A stretch of 64,000 bases of DNA from Candidatus Poribacteria bacterium (GTDB taxonomy: Bacteria > Poribacteria > WGA-4E > WGA-3G). A program made the translations under genes and the position numbers. The notes below the pieces were generated by a model. The model was not told the DNA's origin. It was given only the letters and a program-made list of their open reading frames with translations, and ran no database searches. This document shows, piece after piece, positions 59,809-64,000 of this stretch; the stretch's first letter is position 1, and the number at the start of each line of letters is the position of its first letter. Location of the stretch: contig OZ240248.1 of NCBI GenBank assembly GCA_965198235.1, positions 3,296,001 through 3,360,000 on the forward strand, given 5' to 3'.

Positions 59809-61215
59809 ATGAAAGCAATAATTATAGGCGCAGGAGAAATTGGGTTCCATATTGCCAAACTTCTCACTGTCCAAGATAACGATGTTGTTCTCATTGATGA
59901 GTCCGATGCTGCCTGCGACCGGGTTAATGAACAATTGGACTTGCAAACGCTGCACGGATCGGGGGCATCCCCGCGCCTTCTCAAAACCGCTGGGATTGAC
60001 GAAGCCGACCTCATCATCGCCGTTACAAATAGTGATGAGATTAATATCCTCGCTTGTCAGATAGCCGGTAGGTACGGTGTCAACACAAAAATCGCACGTG
60101 TCTCAAATCCTGACTACTTCTCCACGGAAAGTGGACTCACTCCTAAAGACTTCGGTATTGATCTTCTGGTGAATCCAGAACAGCGCTGTGTTGCTGAATT
60201 TGTCCGGCTCTTGCATATACCTGAGGCGCGGGAGATTGTCGAATTTGAAGACGGAAAAGTCCAACTTGTTTCCTTTCGTGCCAAACAGTCAAACCCCTTG
60301 ATAGGAAAATCGCTCGCGGAATTGGACGCAAGTGGGCTTCTCGCTGATATCCGCTTCGCTGCCATTAGTCGTCGTGGAGGTTCCAATAACGGCAACCCGA
60401 TCAGTAATGGCGGCAGACACATTATCATTCCGAGAGGGGCGGATGCTTTGCAACAAGGGGACGAAGTCTTTGTCATCGGCAGTGCGTTGGCAGTTGAGCA
60501 ATTGTTACGTATTAGTGGTATCACATTTAATCAGCAGCTGGACCGCGTTATCATTGTTGGCGCAAGCCCTATTGGCATTGGACTCGCCCGTGTGCTTGAA
60601 GAAAACGACACCAACGTCAAACTCATCGAAGCCGATCAAACACAAGCGCGACTGGCATCCCAAATGCTAAAGCGCACCACCGTTTTACAGGGCGATTATC
60701 TCCAATTCAGACTCCTTGAAGAAGCAGGTATAGAGGGTGTTAACGGATTCGTCTCGGTTACGGGGGACGATGAGAACGATATTATGGCATGTATGACTGC
60801 CAAAGAGAACGGTGCCCAGCGTGTACTCGCACTCGTTCAGCGACCACGTTATCTCCCCTTGTTGGCACGCATTCCGAGACTCGATGGCGCGGTCAGCCGA
60901 CATCTCACTGTTGTTAGCAATATCCTGCGGCTCATCCGTCGTGGAAATATAGTTTCTGTTGCCTCACTGCACGGAATAGATGCGGAAGTTATTGAGATTG
61001 TCGCTGGAGTCAACGCGAAGATTGTCCACAAGGAACTTATCTCTTTCAAAACAAAATTTCCAGAAAATGCCTTTATCGGTGCCGTCATTCGGCGGGAAAA
61101 ACTCATTATTCCAACCGGTCAGTCTGTTATCCAACCTGCAGATCGCGTTATCGTCTTTAGTATGCCCGATGCGATTCCTATTGTCGAAGACCTGTTCGCC
61201 GAACGCCGCATCTAA
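59809..61215 (+). CDS. trkA: Trk system potassium uptake NAD-binding protein
   Basis: Two RCK repeats (IIGAGEIG; IIVGASPIG), AVTNSDEIN. Start moved to ATG 59809. Confidence 0.95.
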   Translation: MKAIIIGAGEIGFHIAKLLTVQDNDVVLIDESDAACDRVNEQLDLQTLHGSGASPRLLKTAGIDEADLIIAVTNSDEINILACQIAGRYGVNTKIARVSNPDYFSTESGLTPKDFGIDLLVNPEQRCVAEFVRLLHIPEAREIVEFEDGKVQLVSFRAKQSNPLIGKSLAELDASGLLADIRFAAISRRGGSNNGNPISNGGRHIIIPRGADALQQGDEVFVIGSALAVEQLLRISGITFNQQLDRVIIVGASPIGIGLARVLEENDTNVKLIEADQTQARLASQMLKRTTVLQGDYLQFRLLEEAGIEGVNGFVSVTGDDENDIMACMTAKENGAQRVLALVQRPRYLPLLARIPRLDGAVSRHLTVVSNILRLIRRGNIVSVASLHGIDAEVIEIVAGVNAKIVHKELISFKTKFPENAFIGAVIRREKLIIPTGQSVIQPADRVIVFSMPDAIPIVEDLFAERRI

Positions 61216-61245
61216 AAGGGTGTATCGCTTGGCATTTCTCTTGTC

Positions 61246-62751
61246 ATGAGCCTTAAATTAATCGTTTATACTCTTGGGAATTTACTTATCTGTCTCGCGG
61301 GAACGATGCTGCTCCCTTTGGGAGTGGCTATCTATTATCAGGTGAGTGCCGGTGAAACCGAGAGCAATTTGATGGCGTTCGTCATCTCAGCGATATTCAC
61401 CTTAATTGTTGGTTTGGCTCTCCGTTTTAGTATTCGCGCGCGACAGGAAGAACTCGGCATACGCGAAGGTTTCGCAGTTGTCGCTTTGGGATGGGTGACA
61501 GTTGCTCTCTTCGGTACGCTGCCCTACCTATTTGCAAATGTGTTTCACATTGATGGTCGCTCATTGTGGACAGAGTTTTCCTTCTGTTATTTTGAATCTA
61601 TGGCAGGGTTCTCGACTACGGGTGCCACCGTCCTCACAGAAATTGAGCATCTTTCACACGCCGTGCTTTTCTGGCGGAGTCTTTCACACTGGCTCGGTGG
61701 GATGGGAATTGTCGTTCTTGCTGTCGCGATTCTTCCAATGCTCGGCATCGGTGGTATGCAGCTTTTTCGCGCCGAGGCACCCGGACCGCAGACCGATCGA
61801 CTCACCCCCCGTATTGCACAAACCGCTAAACTTCTCTGGGGCGTTTATCTCCTGCTCTCTCTTTTAGAAACAGTGCTACTGATGCTCGGCGGAATGTCGC
61901 TTTTTGACGCGCTCTGCCACACCTTTGGCACGATGGCAACCGGTGGGTTTTCGACGAAAAACCATAGCATTGGACACTACAATAGTGTTTATATTGACAT
62001 GGTAATCAGTTTCTTCATGTTTCTCGCTGGGACCAATTTCGCACTTCATTATCGTGCCCTCCGGGGCAATGTCAAAGCCTATCTCCAAGATGCAGAATTC
62101 AAATTCTACTGTGTCGTTATCGCAGTGAGCATTACCTTAATTTCATGGAATACAATCAGGTTTCAGGTCGATGGGGATATCCCTTATGATTCAATGTGGA
62201 CATCGCTACGCTATGCTACATTTCAGGTCATGTCTATCATCACGACCACCGGCTATGGGACTGCTGACTTTGAACGGTGGCCCGCCCTCTCCCAATTCAT
62301 TCTGGTAACACTCATGTTCTACGGGGGGTGTGCAGGTTCCACCGGTGGAGGTATGAAGCAGGTTCGATTCCTACTCCTTATCAAACAGAGCGGTGCCGAA
62401 ATTAAACGCCTCCTCTTCCCGCATGCTGTGCTTCCTATTCGCGTTAACGATCGAGTGGTTCCACCCGAAGTGATGACAAATGTCCTCGGTTTTTTCTTTT
62501 TTTTCATCGGAATTTTTGCGATTGTAACGTGCATTATGGCAACTTTGGGTCTCGACCTTGTTAGTGCCGCTGGAGCGACAATTGCTACGATGGGAAACAT
62601 CGGTCCTGGGCTCGGCAGCGTGGGACCGACCAATAACTACGCGCATATTCACACGACTGGAAAATTTGTTCTGGCATTCTGTATGTTACTGGGACGTTTA
62701 GAACTTTATACCGTGCTGATCCTCTTTTCACCGAATTTCTGGAGAAGATGA
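61246..62751 (+). CDS. trkH: Trk system potassium uptake membrane protein
   Basis: FESMAGFSTTGAT, WLGGMG, TGGFS, TTTGY, GSTGGG, GNIGPG, GRLE. Confidence 0.96.
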   Translation: MSLKLIVYTLGNLLICLAGTMLLPLGVAIYYQVSAGETESNLMAFVISAIFTLIVGLALRFSIRARQEELGIREGFAVVALGWVTVALFGTLPYLFANVFHIDGRSLWTEFSFCYFESMAGFSTTGATVLTEIEHLSHAVLFWRSLSHWLGGMGIVVLAVAILPMLGIGGMQLFRAEAPGPQTDRLTPRIAQTAKLLWGVYLLLSLLETVLLMLGGMSLFDALCHTFGTMATGGFSTKNHSIGHYNSVYIDMVISFFMFLAGTNFALHYRALRGNVKAYLQDAEFKFYCVVIAVSITLISWNTIRFQVDGDIPYDSMWTSLRYATFQVMSIITTTGYGTADFERWPALSQFILVTLMFYGGCAGSTGGGMKQVRFLLLIKQSGAEIKRLLFPHAVLPIRVNDRVVPPEVMTNVLGFFFFFIGIFAIVTCIMATLGLDLVSAAGATIATMGNIGPGLGSVGPTNNYAHIHTTGKFVLAFCMLLGRLELYTVLILFSPNFWRR

Positions 62752-63000
62752 ACCGTCCGCGGTTTTTCTAATTTTACCTTGCGGATAAGTGATGTGGTCT
62801 GCAATTTGAAAGTTTTTGATTTCGAGTTGAAGAAACACCCAAGCAAAAATCCCTCCACTACGTTACGGGCATGCGGTTCGATTTTAAGAAGGATGTTCAG
62901 AATATTCAAAAACCTGCGCGTAATGTAATGGAGCACAGGGCGAAAACCCAATAATTAAAAAAATGTAATGGAGCGTATCCCAGGAGACCATAGTAAAAAA

Positions 63001-63645
63001 ATGAACACCGATAAACTACGCAGAGAATATAGAGCAGATAGTGGACACCTGCTTGAAGAAAACGCTTCCTCCGATCCGTTTGAGCAATTTGAAAAGTGGT
63101 TCTCGGATGCGACTGTCGCCAAACTCGATCTACCAGATGCCATGACGTTAGCTACGGCAACTCCACAAGGTATTCCTTCCGCTCGAATGGTGGTGCTCAG
63201 AGGCTTCGATACGAGAGGTTTCTGTTTCTACACCGATTATGGGAGCCAAAAAGGAAAGGAACTTGCTGAGAACCCGAACGCGGCGTTGGTGTTCTATTGG
63301 CGTGAGCTCGATCGGCAGGTCCGCAGTACCGGAACTGTTGAAAAAATGACAACGGAGGAATCAGATACTTACTTCGCCAGCCGTCCTCTCAGCAGCCAAC
63401 TCGCCGTGTGGACAGAACGTCAGAGCCTTGTGATTATAGGGAGAGAACATCTCACGGAGGGGTTCCAACGGGCAGAGCAGACATATTCACAGGATACCAT
63501 TCCGCGTCCGCCGCATTGGGGCGGATACCGACTCGTGCCGAATCTATTTGAGTTTTGGCAGGGGTGTCCAAACCGCCTCCATGATAGGCTCTGTTATACG
63601 TTGCAACCTGATGGAACATGGGAGATGACGCGTCTATCGCCGTAA
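63001..63645 (+). CDS. pdxH: Pyridoxamine 5'-phosphate oxidase
   Basis: LRREY, AMTLAT, PSARMV, RQVR, YFASRP, EFWQG..NRLHDR. Start 63001 or 62968. Confidence 0.95.
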   Translation: MNTDKLRREYRADSGHLLEENASSDPFEQFEKWFSDATVAKLDLPDAMTLATATPQGIPSARMVVLRGFDTRGFCFYTDYGSQKGKELAENPNAALVFYWRELDRQVRSTGTVEKMTTEESDTYFASRPLSSQLAVWTERQSLVIIGREHLTEGFQRAEQTYSQDTIPRPPHWGGYRLVPNLFEFWQGCPNRLHDRLCYTLQPDGTWEMTRLSP

Positions 63646-63746
63646 GTCTAAAGAAAAGTCTGGAAAGTCACTTGACCTTCGGGGCAGATTCGTGTTACAC
63701 TTTGGGACATTCCATGAACAACATCGGAACTTAACGGAGGTGCTTG

Positions 63747-64000
63747 ATGAAATCCATAGGTATTGTAGTAGTCCTGTCTCTCCTGCCTTTCGTTGCCTTT
63801 GCAGGAACATTTCTGGAAACCTTTGATGACGGAGACTTGGAAGGATGGCAGGAATTGGTCCCACTGAATGAGGCAGCTGGTTCTTGGAACGCTATTAATG
63901 ACGAACTTCACGCCGTAAGTCATAAGGGGTTTCTGCGTCTACTCACAACGGGCGATGACACATGGGAAGATTACACCTTTGAGTTTGATGTCAAGCCACT
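63747..64000 (+). CDS. Secreted protein, N-terminal part (DUF1080/LamG-like beta-sandwich), truncated by the window end
   Basis: GGAGG RBS; MKSIGIVVVLSLLPFVAFAGTFLETFDDGDLEGWQEL...TTGDDTWEDYTFEFDVKP open to the edge; not in the ORF track. Confidence 0.7.
   Translation, partial: MKSIGIVVVLSLLPFVAFAGTFLETFDDGDLEGWQELVPLNEAAGSWNAINDELHAVSHKGFLRLLTTGDDTWEDYTFEFDVKP

Overview
Bacterial chromosomal window, mostly housekeeping. The secreted-protein families, repeat types and strong sigma70-type promoters suggest Candidatus Poribacteria or a similar diderm lineage (inference). Left end (1-4.4 kb): a frameshifted FRG/TPR gene, a cluster of MITE/REP/IS3 remnants and a single-chain Type IIG/ISP-like R-M enzyme. 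4.5-31 kb: TonB receptor, rhodanese, an NtrC-type two-component pair with glpK, a SpoIVB(S55) peptidase plus beta-propeller pair, bioA, an unusual ferredoxin-membrane-HSP20-like fusion, truD, a TolC/adaptor/ABC-ATPase set with no permease, RFAP synthase, nfuA, a sigma70 factor with an internal 99-bp tandem duplication and an orphan ComD-like subunit. 30-41 kb: acs, a Type II m4C R-M pair and envelope genes. 41-64 kb: rimP-nusA-ylxR-infB-ylxP-rbfA-nrnA-ribF-rpsO-pnp (no truB), gcvTHP interleaved with a 75-bp dispersed repeat, trkAH, pdxH and a partial secreted protein. No rRNA, tRNA or CRISPR array was seen. The most notable leads are palindromic REP-like DNA apparently inserted in frame in housekeeping genes, the ferredoxin fusion, the repeat-expanded sigma factor and a structured RNA candidate ahead of rimP. 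All family calls come from reading motifs by eye; no database searches were run.
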